Shown one piece after another: positions 38,860-52,750 of a DNA stretch of 64,000 nucleotides. The stretch comes from Eledone cirrhosa. Taxonomy: Eukaryota. Both the position numbers and the translations under genes were made by a program. The stretch covers positions 104,718,001 to 104,782,000 of the forward strand of contig OZ024740.1 of assembly GCA_964016885.1 (NCBI GenBank). The letters run 5' to 3'. Every line of letters begins with the position of its first letter. The first letter of the stretch is position 1. A model generated the notes under the pieces. The model saw nothing but the letters and a program-made list of their open reading frames with translations, was not told the DNA's origin and ran no database searches.

Positions 38860-39060
38860 GAAGGCATGTGGCTGAGTGGTTAGAGAATTGGATTCGCAAT
38901 CGTGAGGTTGTGAGTTCGATTCCCGGACCGGGTGATGCGTTATCTCCTTGAGCAAAACATTTTATTTCACATTACTCCTTGTACCTGGAGTTGCGACCGA
39001 TAGATAGTATTAGCAATTGGAAAGACCAACGGAAACATTGTTTCCTCGGTCTGATTTGAC
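38860..39060 (+). mobile_element. tRNA-derived SINE 5' portion
   Basis: A box tggctgagtgg, B box gagttcgattc; related copy at 52143-52320. Confidence 0.75.
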
Positions 39061-39091
39061 GAAAGTCGATCATTAAAAATATATATATATA

Positions 39092-40366
39092 CAGGGTGTG
39101 GACGATATTTGTTCACAATTTTCAACTGCTAATTTTATGCAAATTTTTTTTACTTCCGTTGTCACTCTTGTCTTCATAAAACAGTGACTATATTTCCATT
39201 ATTTATTTTCAGAATAATTGATTATGAATAATTTTGAACCTCCAAATTTGTGGAAGAGACACGGAGTTCTTCTTGGAATCCGCGTCGGGAGGACAAATAA
39301 GGAAATTTCAGACTTTCTCAGCATCAGCAGGAGAATGGTGGAAAAGGTCAGAAAGGAATTGGAAGATTCAGGGTTTGACTACGAAGCAATATCAGAGAGG
39401 AAAACAGATGATCGACGATCTGACGCCTTCAAAACGCCCGAGTTTGTCGCTGAAGTTCAGGATATCATCAACAATGAACCTAGCAAGTCGATGCATGCCA
39501 TTGCAAGGGAGAAAGGTGTGGATGAAAAGCTCATTAGGCTGGTGGTACATGAAGACATTCGCTACGTTTCATACAAGATGAGGAAAGGGCAATTTCTGTC
39601 AAAGGCGATGCAAGAAATGCGACTGAAGCACGCAAAGAAGCTGATCAACAAGTTGAAATACCCACTGGAGCCAGACATGCTGTGGTTTTTCTCCAACAAG
39701 AAAAACTTCTGTCAAGACCAGAAGATCAACTCCCAGAACAACAGGTGGCTCGCTGTCTCATCCAAAGACGTGCCCAAAGTCATGCAGACAAAGTTTCCAG
39801 CGACAACATTGGTCTTAGGTGTCGTCAGCAGTCAAGGTGACGTCATGCCACCTGCGATGGCTACATCCACGTTCTGAGCGAGGTAGTAAATCCCTGGATC
39901 GACCAGGGAGCTGCTGGTAGGCTGTACGTGTGGCAGCAAGACTCAGCGCCCTGCCATACCAGCCAAAAGACCCAAGCCTGGCTGTCAGAGAACTTTGTCA
40001 ACCACACTTCACCTGACATCTGGCCTTCCAGCTCGCCTGACTGCAACCCTCTCGACTTCTTTCTGTGGGGCACAGTGGAACGAGACACCAACAGATCTAG
40101 CTGCAATACGAAAGACGATCTGAAGGCCAGGATCACAAGTGCCTTTAGGGGCCTAAGTCGGGGAACAGTGACGAAAGCCTGTAGCCGGTTCCGAGGCCGC
40201 CTTGAGGCCGTCATCAAAGCCAATGACGCGTTTATTGAGTGAGATCGAAAGAACAAGTCATGAAGACAAACTGACCCAAGTTTGATAAATATATCTTAAA
40301 AAATAAAACTACTGTGTTATTTTTTCCTAGACAGTAATCTTGCGAACAAATATCGTTCGCACCCTG
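39092..40366 (+). mobile_element. Tc1/mariner DD37D (maT) transposon with both ends, defective transposase
   Basis: TIRs cagggtgtggacgatatttgttcacaa / ttgcgaacaaatatcgttcgcaccctg within (TA)n; ORFs 39218-39877 and 39928-40242; QQD..37 aa..NPLD spacing; first Asp motif reads SNKKNF; frameshift at about 39855. Confidence 0.92.
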
Positions 40367-40969
40367 TATATATATATATATATATAAATAAATAAATTCA
40401 CGAAATCACATTATCACGAGGTACTTGTCAAATCCATGGTACTATAACACTGTGCCAAACACCATTTTATTCTATGCTAACTGAAATGAATCCAGTAACA
40501 GAGTACTTCACTTACAGTATCAGTGATGTAGTGGCAATATTGAACAAATTAATTATGGTCATCAACAAAAAATAATATAACTAACATCAAACAATTTGAT
40601 AATCGATATATACCCAAACTAGCATAAAATTCACCAAAAGCTGAACTGCTAGTAACAGTTAATGTAAATAAGTGTATATTCCAGCAGTTAGTTGCATCAT
40701 CAACCCGGAACTGGCATATGGATCTTCAGTGGACATTGTCAAGTAAACAGTACAGGAGAAAAAATAAGACATTTTTTCAGGTATTCACCATGATGGAATT
40801 CACCAGCTCTGATTTTGTGTGTCTGGCAGCACATTGAAACCAATTTGTTGTACTGCTACTGTATTGTCCAAAAGAGGTGGAAATTACTTCCAGGAGTAAA
40901 TAATATTAATAAATTCACGAAATCACATTACCACGAGGTGCTTCTCACATCCAAAGTGCTACATATATA

Positions 40970-43210
40970 TCATGATCATGATCATCATCATCATACATCT
41001 GCTTTTCCCTGCTTGCAAGGGTGGGACGGGTCTTATTTAGCACAGCATCTCTCCACTCGTCACTGTCCTTCGTCATCTCCACTGTGAGCTTCATCAATCT
41101 GAAGTCTGTTCTCACCACCTCTGCCCATGTTTTTTGTGGTCTACCTCTACCACGTCTTCCTTCAACTGGCATTTCCTGGCACTTCTTCACCCATCGGTCC
41201 ATACCACCGCAGTCTCCTCTCTCGCACACTACATTCTATCATTCGCAGACACAGTTTCTCTCTCAACACATTCATGCTGGGTCGTTCATGCACATTGACA
41301 TTGCACATCCAATGGAGCATGCTTGCCTCATTTCTCTCCAGCCATCGCATATCCTCTGCAGTTGCTGCCCAAGTCTTACTACCATGCAGCATCGCGCTCC
41401 TCACACAGGCATCATATAACCGGCCTTTCGTACGCAGGGAGAAACCCTTCTTCGTCAGCAGAGGAAGCAGCTCCCTAAACTTCTGCCAACCCATCCTTAT
41501 TCTAGATACTATGGCCTCGGAACACCCCCCCTCCCATGCTAATCTGATCTCCTAGGTACCGGAAGCTATCAACCACTTCTATAGCACCTGCCTGCATTTT
41601 AAAAATGTGTCTATCAATGCGACTTCTACTGTCTAATTTCCCTGTACATCTACTACATACGTATTTCTCCCTACCTGTTAGTTTGCCTGCTATCCCACTA
41701 CATCTCTTGTGTACCCAAGATCTGCATTGTGTGCATTTTATAGAATTTATGCCAGTTCCTTTTCCGCATATCGAACATGGTCATTTCCCTGACGGAATCA
41801 GGGTTTTGTCCTCTTTTCTACTCATCAACACTTTTGTCTTAGCTAGTTTACTCTCAGTCCTCTTGATTCCAACTGCTGTTTCCATAGCCAGAATTTATTC
41901 TCTAGCTCCTCTACTGATTCTGCTATAAGAACCAGATCATCAGCATAGAGAAGTTCCCATGGACAGCCAATGTTAAACTCCTCTGTTATGGCTTGGAGGA
42001 CTATAATGAACAAGAGCAGGCTGAGGACCGAACCTTGATGTACTCCTACTTGTATCTGGAATTCCTCACTGAACTCCATTCCTACCCTGACTTTACTGAC
42101 AGCACCTCTGTTCAAAGTTTGCACTGTCCTCACAAGCCATTCCTCAACACCTAGTTTCCTTAGGGACCACCAAATGACAGATCGGGGTACCCTATCAAAG
42201 GCCTTCTCTAGGTCAACAAAATCTAAGTATAGTGGCCTATTCTTCTCTAAGAACCTCTCTTGTAATTGTCTCACCAAGAAGAGGGCATCTGTTGTACTTT
42301 TCCCAGGCACAAAACTAAACTGCATCTCATCTAGTTTGACCCTTTCTCAAATTAGTTGTGCTAATATCCTTTCTGCCACTTTCATAACCTGATCCATCAG
42401 TTTTATACCCCTATAATTGCTCCTCTCCAGAGCATCCCCTTTACCTTTGTTACAATTTATGAGAATACTGCTGCACTAGTCTTTGGGTATGACACCGCCA
42501 TATATAGCCTGATTGGTGATGCGTACAACAAGTTTAGTGCCTATGTCCCCTGATGCTTTCAGCATCTCAGCAACTATCCCGACGGTCCAGCGGCCTTACC
42601 ATTTTTCATTTCCTTAATCGCCTCTTGGACCCTATATTCGTCAATCTCAATAGCTGGTCCCTCTGTCGGATCTACTGAGGGTAATTTCTCTCTCTCCCAT
42701 TCGTTCTCCACATTCATCAGTCTCTCATAATGACATTTCCAGGCCTTCTTTTTCTGATCATTCGTGACACTAAGTACACCGGCATCATTCCGGACACATT
42801 TATCTCCAACAACATCCTGATTTGCATTGACACACTGCCTTGAAACGTGGAACACCGCACGTCTCTGATCTTCCCGTTGCAGCACATTGGCAGACTTCCT
42901 ACTCTCAGCCTCCCTGCGTGCTAAGCACACCTGATGTCTAGCTTCTCTCTTAGTGGCTGTATATCCCTCTCTACTCCCATTCTTTTTCCAAGTCTTCCAT
43001 GCTAGTCTTTTGTCTCTAATGGCCCTATCTACCGTGCTGTTCCACCACCAGGTCACTCTCTGTCTGGTTGGAACACTTCTCCAGCCACAAGTTTCATCAG
43101 TAGCCTGCAGTAAGTTGTCATGTAAGAAATTCCAGTTATCATCTATGTCATACGACTCTAAATCGTCTTCTTTTTTTGTCATACACATCTTGAAGAGCTT
43201 TCCTAAATTT
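40970..43210 (-). mobile_element. RTE LINE, the longest fragment here (linker, RT and 3' end)
   Basis: TWWWNSTVDRAI, GKAAGPSG, DLEKAFDRVPR, PWELLYADD, RLRWYG, GRPQKTW; tail cccacccttgcaagcagggaaaa(gat)n. Confidence 0.93.
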
Positions 43211-43220
43211 GTATATATAT

Positions 43221-43380
43221 GCGGCGAATTGGCAGAGTGGTTAGAACATCAGATAGAATGCTTTATGGTATTCCTTCCGGCTGTCTGCTTTCTGAGTTCA
43301 ATCCTGCCAAGGTCAATTTTACCTTTTATCCTTTTGAGGTCGATAAAGAAAGTACCAGTCTAGTACTGGGGTCAATTCTT
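43221..43380 (+). mobile_element. Second SINE family (tRNA head plus a conserved gcctttcatcc..ggggtcgataaa..gtaccag domain)
   Basis: Best copy at 53791-53978; fragments at about 16345-16500(-), 21660-21765, 26275-26372(-), 35285-35410, 45285-45370, 46790-46880(-), 54487-54590 and 61581-61710. Confidence 0.78.
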
Positions 43381-43551
43381 CCTCTCTGGAATAAATCTGC
43401 TGTACTCAGGCCTGGAGATGGATGGGCTCCGCCAGGCGTAAAATGCCCAAGTAACACTATATGTCAATATGGCAGCCCTATGACTCTATCAGGAGTTACG
43501 GGGCCATACCATATCATACTATATATATATATATATATATATGTACATATG

Positions 43552-44028
43552 ATCTAATCAGCAGTGAGGGAAGATGTTCAGAGCATAGTATCTAAAGTAA
43601 GAACCAGCTGGAAGAAGTTTAAGGAGCTAGTACTTCTACTGACAAAAAAAGGTTTCTCTTTCAGTAAAGGGTAGACATGGAATGCTACATGGCACTAGTA
43701 CATTGACCTTGGTTGCAGAAGATCAGAGAAGGCCTGAAATAAATAAAGTGACCATGCACCAGTGCATGTTTAATGTTAGTGTGCATGAAAGATGTAATAT
43801 AAATGTTCTGGGAGAAAAGACTTCATTGGTATGAGAATAGATGCATTTGGAAGATGACAGCTGTATAAAGATGTGTAGAATAATCTCAGTAGATGGAACT
43901 TGTTGAAGAGGTTAACCTAGCAAAACATGGGATGAAGTAGTGAAGGTTCTGATTAGGTACTGATTTGGTCTTTGACAACCCATGCCAGCATGGAAAAAAT
44001 GGATGTTAAATGAGGATGATGATGATGT
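43552..44028 (+). mobile_element. Decayed RTE LINE 3' fragment
   Basis: WKKFKELVLLLTKKGFS motif; RTE tail with (GAT)n. Confidence 0.75.
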
Positions 44029-45882
44029 TTATATATGTGTGTGTATTTTTGTAAATAGAGAACAGCTTGAATTTCAAACATCTTATATTTGTAGTGAAAT
44101 TATCTTTAGGTTAAGTTGGCATGTCAGTGTGTTTTTGTATTGTATACCATATTTGTCCATTCCAATCAAAATAACTATGATAGATATGGGTATATAAGGT
44201 AAGTCCCACACCAGCGACATCACACAGACATTGGCTGAAGCAGTCAGCCACAATAGCCAGAAATGCTACAGCCATGCCACCAGGTTAGCTAATCTGCCAG
44301 CCATCAAGTCAATACCTTTACGATATTGCATCTCTACATTCACACATCTACACATTCAATTTGTCTCTTTCCAATACATCTTACTTACAAGATCCACTCA
44401 CATTCCTAAATCCATTACTCTATTAACATTTCTAGACCCTCATTGCATCATCTTCAGAATAAGAAAGATAATAGTAATAACATGTTGTACATATGCCTCT
44501 TTAGCTTATCTTCAGTTTGCAATGTTTTTTTTAATTTCATTAAATCTATAATATTGTATTCAAAAGCTCTTACAACCCAGACTTCTTAAGCAATTTTAGA
44601 TATGATTCAAAGCCAAAAATTACACTAAAAAAATGTTAGCTGAATTCATGTTTTCTTGTATGTATTTTTGTTTATAATAAATATTATGCAGCTTTGATAG
44701 TGTCTCAATTATTGGTTTTTAAGCTAAAAACAGTTCTTCAGATTGAAAATGTGTTCCACTTCTGGTCTATAGGAAGGATACTCTAATGTAAAATTTTAGT
44801 TATCTGGTTTAGAATAGATACACTGTATCTCCTGTATCTCGTAAGAAGTTACTAAAAGGGTTGGTGTCTGGAAGGGAATCTGGCTGTAAATCATTGCTTT
44901 AAAAAATCTTGTCCAACTCATGTCAGCATGATGATGATGTTCAGTTTTTGGCTGTCCCAACTTGTGTGGAGCCACTGAGAGGAAAGCTGTTGTATATGAA
45001 ACGCGAATGTAGCTCTGTGCACTCTTTGTCCATTATAATCAATTCTATGCATGTGAATGTCTTAAAACTACATTTAGACAACAGATAACATTTCAGTGTA
45101 GTTGTTCTTGAAGTGATGGGGTTATATACATCTGCAATAATGAAATACTACCACTTGCAGTTTCTTCCTTGTTTCAACTCTTAGCTCCTATGCTCAACCC
45201 CATGTTCAATTCTTGGTACCTATACTCACTACTAGCTCATATACACAATTCTTAGTTTCTATACATACTTCATAGTTCCTATGGGTGGCAGATTGGCTGA
45301 GATGTTAGAATACAGGATTGGTCAGCTTTGCCTTTCATCCTTTTGAGGTTGATAAACAAATATCAGTTCATTGAAGTCAATTTCTTTCTAACTCTCTTCT
45401 TTGAAAGAAATGCCCTGTTTAGACATGGTGAGGGAATGGTCTCCACCAGGTTTAAAATGCCCATGACACACCATATGTTACTGTGACACCTCTATGACTC
45501 CATCAGGAGTTAAGGATACATACATACTTAGTTCCTATGATGATGAAGGATCTTTTATGTTTCAATGGTGAGCACTTCTCAATCATTTGGTGAACTTTAT
45601 GTTTGGCTTGTGAATTAATGTGTAAGTGCGGTTGAGTATTCCCAAAACATTTGAACCCTAACATAATTTCCAAGTCAAATCAGCATAGCACAATATGTGA
45701 CATGACTGGACCTTTGAATTACAGGTATACACCATATGGTGGGTTTCCATACAGTTTCTGACTACATAATTTCACTCACTAGGTTTGGTTCAACCTGAGG
45801 CTATGGTAAAATCACTTATCCAAGATGCCACTCAGTGAGATCAAACCTTGGACCTCATGATTGTAAAGTGAACCTTTTTACT

Positions 45883-46656
45883 ACTCAGTTCCTATACTCA
45901 TCTCTTAGCTCCTATACTCACCTCTCAGCTTCTATACTCAACACTTAGCTCCTATACTCACCTCTTAGTTCCTATACTCACCTCTTAGCTCCTATACTCA
46001 CCTCTTAGCTCCTATACTCACCTCTTAGTTCCTATACTCACTTCTTAGTTCCTATACTCAACTCTTAGCTCCTATACTCACTTCTTAGCTCCCGTACTCA
46101 CTTCTTAGCTCCCATACTCACTTCTTAGCTCCTATACTCACATCTTAGCTCCTATACTCACATCTTAGCTCCTATACTCACATCTTAGCTCCTATACTCG
46201 CCTTTTAGGTTCTATACTCACATCTTAGCTCCTATACTCATCTCTCAGCTCCTATACTCACTTCTTAGCTCCCATACTCACTTCTTAGCTCCCATACTCA
46301 CTTCTTAGCTTCCATACTCACCTCTTAGCTCCTATACTCACCTCTTAGCTCCTATATTCGCCTCTTAGGTTCTTTACTCAACTCTTAGCTCCTATACGCA
46401 ACTATTAACTCCAACACTTAGCTCCCATACTTATTCTTTAGCTCCTATACTCACCTCTCTTAGCTCCTTACTCACCTCATAAGTTTTATACTCAACTCGT
46501 AGCTCCTATACTCACTTCTCAGCTCCTATATTCACCTCTTAGCTCCTATACTCACTTCTTAGTTCTTATATTCATCTCTTATCTACTATACTTACCTCTT
46601 AGTTCCTATACTCACCTCTTAGCTCCTATACTCAACTCTTAGCTCCTTATACTCAC
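45883..46656. repeat. 20-bp minisatellite, about 38 units (ctcacctcttagctcctata)
   Basis: Directly visible tandem array; stray units also at about 45180-45280. Confidence 0.95.
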
Positions 46657-47324
46657 CAAAGTCTTTAGTCTTTATCTCGAGTCGTCCATCTTTCTCTTTT
46701 ACAGGGATCTATCTTGATCTATAGAAATGAGTGATTACATAAGCAACAAAACCAGAAAATTTGGTGGAGAGGGGTTAGTTAGTTAGTTAGTTAGTTAAAT
46801 CAGCACCCGTAATTTAATTGACTGGTGCTACTTCAGGATGAAAGGTAAAGTTGACCCCAGTAGGATTTGAACTCATAATGTAAGGAGTTGTTACATCTCC
46901 AGAAAAACATCCTTGATCCTGTCAACTCTTGTCATAACTTCTAACATCTCAAAGATGATGTTAAAAGTAAAAAATCAAAAAAGAAATCCAATTTACTCTC
47001 TTTGTAATCCTGAATAACTCTCAACCTGCTAAAAACAGCAGCCAAGTTTCTCTGAAATCACAACCCATCATCTTAAAAACTGAAGGACAGATTGGATAAT
47101 GCCATCCCTGTTACAGAAAAAGAGAAAATAGTTGTGGTTGGAACGGTTTGATCATAAGCCTGGCCTGGGGCTAACAACACTAGTCGGAACACCAACAGTA
47201 ACAATAAACACAATAGTAACTACAACAACAACATTAGCAGCTGCAAGACACACCTGCCTACCTCTGGTCATTTTGTGTTTGGCCTTCTCCCTCACTCCAT
47301 TACTCATGTCGGCTGATATTGGCG

Positions 47325-47750
47325 AAGTGGTGGTGGTGTGATGTGGTGGTGGTGTGATGTGGTGGTGGTGTGATGTGGTGGTGGTGTGATGTGGTGGTGG
47401 CGTGATGTGATGGTGGCAGTGGTGTGTTGTCATAACGGTAGTGGTGGTGGTGTGTTGTAGTAGTGGCAGTGGTGGCATCTGCTGATAATTGTGAAGTGGT
47501 GGTGGTGGTGGTGATGATATTGGTGGTTGTGGCATTGGGGTGTGTTGTGGCAGTGGTGATGGTGTGTTTTGGTAGTGGGTGCGGTGGCATCTGCTGATAA
47601 TGGAGAAGTGGTGGTGGTATATTGTGGTAGTAGCAGTGGTGGTGGTGTGTTGCGGTAGTGGTGGTGTATTTTGGTGGCGGTGGCAGTGGTGACAAAGGCT
47701 GCTTGTTGTAGTGATGATGGTGAATGTGTTGTGGTTGAGGATGTTGTTGT
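47325..47750. repeat. (GGT)-rich low-complexity and 14-bp tandem repeat
   Basis: gtgatgtggtggtg units; explains the His/Thr/Pro-rich ORFs. Confidence 0.9.
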
Positions 47751-48478
47751 TGAGCTCCACAGGGTGAGGTGGGGTGGGAGCTTATTTAGCTGGCCTGTGA
47801 TCAAGAGCATTCTAACCATGACCATCTCGGCTTTTTTCCTTCCCTTTATTAGCTATAGTGTACTGTGGACTACATTAAGCAATGTGTCATTTGCTAAATG
47901 ATGATTGTTTGTATTGTGTGGAAGGAGTCTCTATGTTAGTATCCCTTTTTGCATGCAGAGGAAGGAGAGAAGGTTTTGCTGGTGGTAGTAGTGTTGATGT
48001 TGTTTAGCCCCAGGTCAGTCCTTATTGAACATGCCTATAATCAAAGGTATATTCAAATTATGACCAAACAGCACTTTTATATATCATGATTTCCTTCCCC
48101 TTTTAAAACAGTAAGATGTGATTTGGCTGTTATTTCTAGCAAGTCGAGTGACCGTATAGAGGCTTCCCCATTGGTCCTTGTACTGGTGTTTGTAGTAGTA
48201 GTAGTGGTATTTGCAGTTGTGGTGGTGGTAGTGGTTATGCAGATATTCAGGTTGGCAGTTGTAGTAGTAATATTGTTAGTATTGATACTATAGTGACAGT
48301 GGGGTGGAGTGTTATTGATATTATATAATTGTAGTTAGATCAGGTATCATGATGGCTGCAACAGTGGTGGACCTAAAAAGTAATGGTGTGCTAGTAATAG
48401 TAGCCCCCCCCCCCCGATTGAAGTGGTGGTGGAGGTGGTTAATAGAAGTTGCATTGGGGGTGGTTATAATAATAATAA

Positions 48479-48509
<31 letters not shown>

Positions 48510-49128
48510 GGTGTTGATAATAGTGTTGAGTGTACAATAGTTGATGTGTAGGGGAGAAGGGCTGGCATGTGTTTGTGTGTTATGTGGAAGGTTGTAATGT
48601 TAGGAACAGTGTGAATGAATATGTGGGAGACTGTATGGAAGATTGACAGGGTGGGTGGGGTGGGGGGTAAGAATAGGAGTATGTGTATGTATATTATTTT
48701 TATACCCTCAACAAAGCTAACCTGTGTGACCAGCTGCTTTTACCTCCTACTGTTCCCCTCTGCTCCCTTTCTTTCACTCTCCACCTTGTTCCTCCCTCCT
48801 TGTATAAATAGTTCTCCCTCCCTCTTCCTATCTATCTATCTTCCACCCACACATTTACTTACAGATATCCACACCACCACACCCTCAATCCTACACACAT
48901 TACATTCTTGCCACAATCCTTTCACTTCATTGCTTTATTGGTGATTATTAATATGATTGTGTATTTTAATTTGTATGTATCATCATCATCATCGTTTAAC
49001 GGCCATCTTCCACGCTAGCATGGGTTAGACGGGAGTTGTCCCACTTGAGGGAAGGTTGGTCGGGTAATCGTGTCTCGCTCATATAGGACTATCTGGCAGG
49101 TTGTATGTATATATATATATATATATAT

Positions 49129-49365
49129 ATACAAATATTAATAAAATAGATGTTCTTTTGATCAATTAAATTTGATTATACATATTTCAGAGGTACACCA
49201 GTACGTCCTCATCAGACAAAATATAATGATACATGACATACCCATCTCAGGGTATGTCATGTATCATTATATTTTGTCTGATGAGGACATACTGTTGTAC
49301 CTCTGAAATATGTATAATCAAATTTAATTGATCAAAAGAACATCTTATTTTATTAATATTTGTAT
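49129..49365. repeat. Inverted repeat (about 115-bp arms, 6-nt loop) carrying hammerheads
   Basis: Arms 49129-49243 and 49250-49365; + strand attttgt-CTGATGA-ggacatac tgtt gtacctct-GAAA-tatgta-TA-atcaaat at 49271-49323; same family as the 31.3-kb copy. Confidence 0.92.
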
Positions 49366-49456
49366 TTTAATATTAATAACTATGGAAAATTATTTTGTGG
49401 TTCCAATCTACTGTAAAACTCATTCTTTGATGTACTCATTGAATCTAGTTTAACTC

Positions 49457-49497
<41 letters not shown>

Positions 49498-50919
49498 CAC
49501 ACACACAGATATATATATATATACATACATGTATTTATGTATGTGTGTATAATATATATATATCTAGGGAGTGTAACGTGCAGTTACTGTCGGTTCACCC
49601 AGGTGAGTACTTGATGTGTAGATTCAGGTCTGTAACGAGGTGTAGAACTAAACAGTGTAAATATAATAATAAAAGGATGATTTGTTATGTCTTCATCATG
49701 TTTATTGAGTAGTGATGCGTATTTCGCTATTGATCAGCTCAAGGTTCGATCTGGCCTGACTCTGTTATCAAAAGCTCATTGAACCTCTGTTGTCATTACT
49801 ACAGCAAAAGGAGAGAGAAAAAAAATCTATTTTTTTTCTTCTCCTCTTTTCCTTCCCCAATAACTTTCATATTATAAATATATGTATATATATATATATA
49901 TATTATAAATATATGTATATATATATATATTATAAACAACACAATACAATGAAGAAATATATTAGTTTAATGCTTAACATAGTAGGACAAGAGTCTTTGT
50001 TTCAGACATTAGTCCTTCATCAGAAGATCAAATGAGAAATGAAAGATGAAATAGAAAGTGAGAAAAGGAACAGAAACAATATTTTTTACAAAAAGCATGT
50101 GTATTTAGTAAGATCCTCATGGAGAATATATGTATGTATGTGTCTGTGTGTATGTATGTATGTAATTGCATATAAGTGTGTGTGTATGTATGTAAGTGCC
50201 TGTGTGTATGAATGTAAGTGCATATGAGCGTATATAAGTATGTAAGGTGGTCGTGCTGGTGACAAGATAAAAAAGTACCCAGTCCAACTTGTCGGTTGTT
50301 TTGGTGCCATGATAAAAAGCACCCTGTTCACAGTTTGAATGCGGTTGGCATTAGGAAAGGCATCCAGTTGTAGAAACCAAGCCAGAAACAGTTCTGTATG
50401 AGCAAGACATAGTCACTTGATCTGACTTGTCCTGTTGTGAGACAACTCATCTGACCCATGCTAGTGTGGAAAAATGGACATTAAACGATGGTGATGATAA
50501 TGTGTGTGTTCATGTTAGCATGTATGTATATGTATATCTGTATAATGCGAACACTTTATATATGTTAGCAGACCTTTGCTTTGTATTTGTTCTGTTCTCA
50601 CTCAGCCACATACTCGGTCCAGTATATTGGCAAACTGACATCCTAAATTATCTCCCTTCATGAACTTTTAATAAGGAAACAAGATATATCTCACCTACTG
50701 TAAAATTTATGTCATCAAAACATTATCTGATAACCATCTTGGACAGGAGTCAAAATTCATAGATTGAAGATTGTAGTTGTGATTTCCTGGGCGAACATAA
50801 GACTAGGATATCAACAAGTTATGTTAATAACTGTATATAAATTTTGTTTGTACTCTGTCTCTGGTATTTAATTCTCTTTCTTCTGTTTATTACAACTAAT
50901 ATATTTATATATTTGTATA

Positions 50920-51262
50920 AGTGGGCATGCTTCGATGGATGTGCAGTGTTAATGTATGTAAATGACAAACAATGGATGAACTGAGAAAAAAAACTAGAGG
51001 AATCAGATGTAGTGTGCAAGAGAAAATTGTGCTGGTGTGGACATGTGATGCATATACATATTAATTGCTCGGTGAAGAAGTGTGCCGCTTTAATGGAAGA
51101 CCAAGGAAGACATGGGAGGACGTGGTGAGAGCTGATCTTAGGTAGTTGAAGCTCACAGAGAAGATGATAAAGAAACACTAATGGAAGGATGCTGTGTTGA
51201 AATAGACCTGTCTAACCCATACAACCATGCAAAAGTTGATGTAAAATGGTTATGATGATGAT
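50920..51262 (+). mobile_element. Decayed RTE LINE 3' fragment
   Basis: MLRWMCSVNV, GHVMH, GRPRKTW motifs; RTE tail. Confidence 0.75.
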
Positions 51263-51549
51263 ATAAAGTGTTAGTGCTATTACCACAATAAAATGTATTT
51301 AATACACTTTGTAAGTGGTAGTGCTAGTACCATGATAAAATGCACCCAGTATACTCTTCACTAAAGTGGTTGCGCTTGTGTCACGATAAAAAGTACCCAG
51401 TACACTATAAAATGGCCTGAATTATGAAGGAAGTGAAGCTGCAAAAATCATGTAAAAAATGGATATGGTTCACTGACTCGTCTAGTCTTGGCCTATGGCA
51501 ACCTGTCCAACCTGTGACAGTATGGAAAATGGAGAAAAAATGATATTAA

Positions 51550-52135
51550 TATTTAATAATAATAAGGAAATTATTGTGTAAAGTGCTCAGGTGCACTACA
51601 ACTCGTCAAAGGTGCATGTATAGTACATAGAATAATATACAAATGTCAGGGAAGTGAATAGTGTACGAGTCATGATATACATGTGTGTATGTGTATGGAG
51701 GGGGAACATTAGGCGTAGTGTTGGCGGATCTCGGGGAAACATGGAGATTTTAAAGGATGCAGTGTCTCGACAGCTAATAACTGATGCAGGTAGTTTGTTC
51801 CATGCTTCTGAGCGTGAAAAAATGTTTCCAAAAGTCATGGGAACTGTGCTGTTTTCTGACTTTGTGGGTATGCCCACGTGTGTTACACACATGGAAATCA
51901 AAAAGGTACTTAGGGTTGTTGCTGGCAAGATGGTTAACAATTTTGTGGGTATTTACCAAGTCAGTTGCCAGGCGTCGGAGCTTCAATGTATCCATGCCCA
52001 GGGAAGCAAGGTGGTCAGAGTATGGTAGGTGTCTGATGGAGGGTATTCGCTTGGTTGCACGTCTCTGAACAGTTTTGAGGCGGTCAATGTTCTGAGCAAG
52101 ATAGGGGTTCCAGACTGGTGATGCAAATTCTAAAG
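51550..52135 (-). mobile_element. CR1-group LINE 3' end
   Basis: LEFASPVWNPYL..VQRRATKRIP..LKLRRLATDL..NTRGH..FF..WNKLPASV; (ATT)n tail. Confidence 0.88.
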
Positions 52136-52402
52136 CAAAGTGAAGGAGCATGGCTTATTGGCTAGAGAATTGATTCACAATTGTGAGGTTGTGAGTTTGA
52201 TTCCTTGGATGGGTGATGCATTATGTCTTTGAGCAAGATACTTAATTTTATGTTGCTCTTTCTGCCTGGAGTTGCGACCAGTAGATAGTATCAGCATTGT
52301 TTCCTTGGTCCAATTGGACAAGTTCCATGACTCAGTTGTGTCCATTTGTATTGTTACAAATTATCTAAACTGTATACAAACTTGTGTCCATTATTTGAAA
52401 TA

Positions 52403-52750
52403 ATCATCATCATCATCATCATTTCATTTTACGTCCGCTTTTTCCCTGCTTGCAAGGGTGGGACGGGAACTGATTCTGGCTTGATTTCTACAGCTGGATG
52501 CCCTTCCTAACACCAACCTCATTTACAGTGAGTGCTGGGTGCTTTTTTGCTGTAGCACCTGCACGACCACTTTGCAGTGGAATGATATGGACCCCAGTCC
52601 CTATCATCTCATTTCTACAGCTGAGTAAACTGGAGCAATGTGAAATAAAGTGTCTTGCTCAAGGAAACAACACATCACCCGGTCTGAGAATTGAACTCAC
52701 AACCTTTCGATTGCAAGGCCAATGCTCTAACCACTAAGCCATGTGCCTCC
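52403..52750 (-). mobile_element. Full-length tRNA-derived SINE with RTE tail
   Basis: Reverse-complement near-copy of 5553-5881. Confidence 0.88.

Noticed and set aside
45883-46656. CRISPR-like regular array
   Set aside because: Head-to-tail 20-bp units with no unique spacers and no cas genes, in a eukaryotic context.
47152-47901. His/Thr/Pro-rich ORFs
   Set aside because: Translation of (GGT)n low-complexity sequence.
49990-50030. Functional hammerhead on the minus strand
   Set aside because: CTGATGA, stem II and GAAA are present, but stem III and the cleavage triplet appear deleted; counted only as a remnant.
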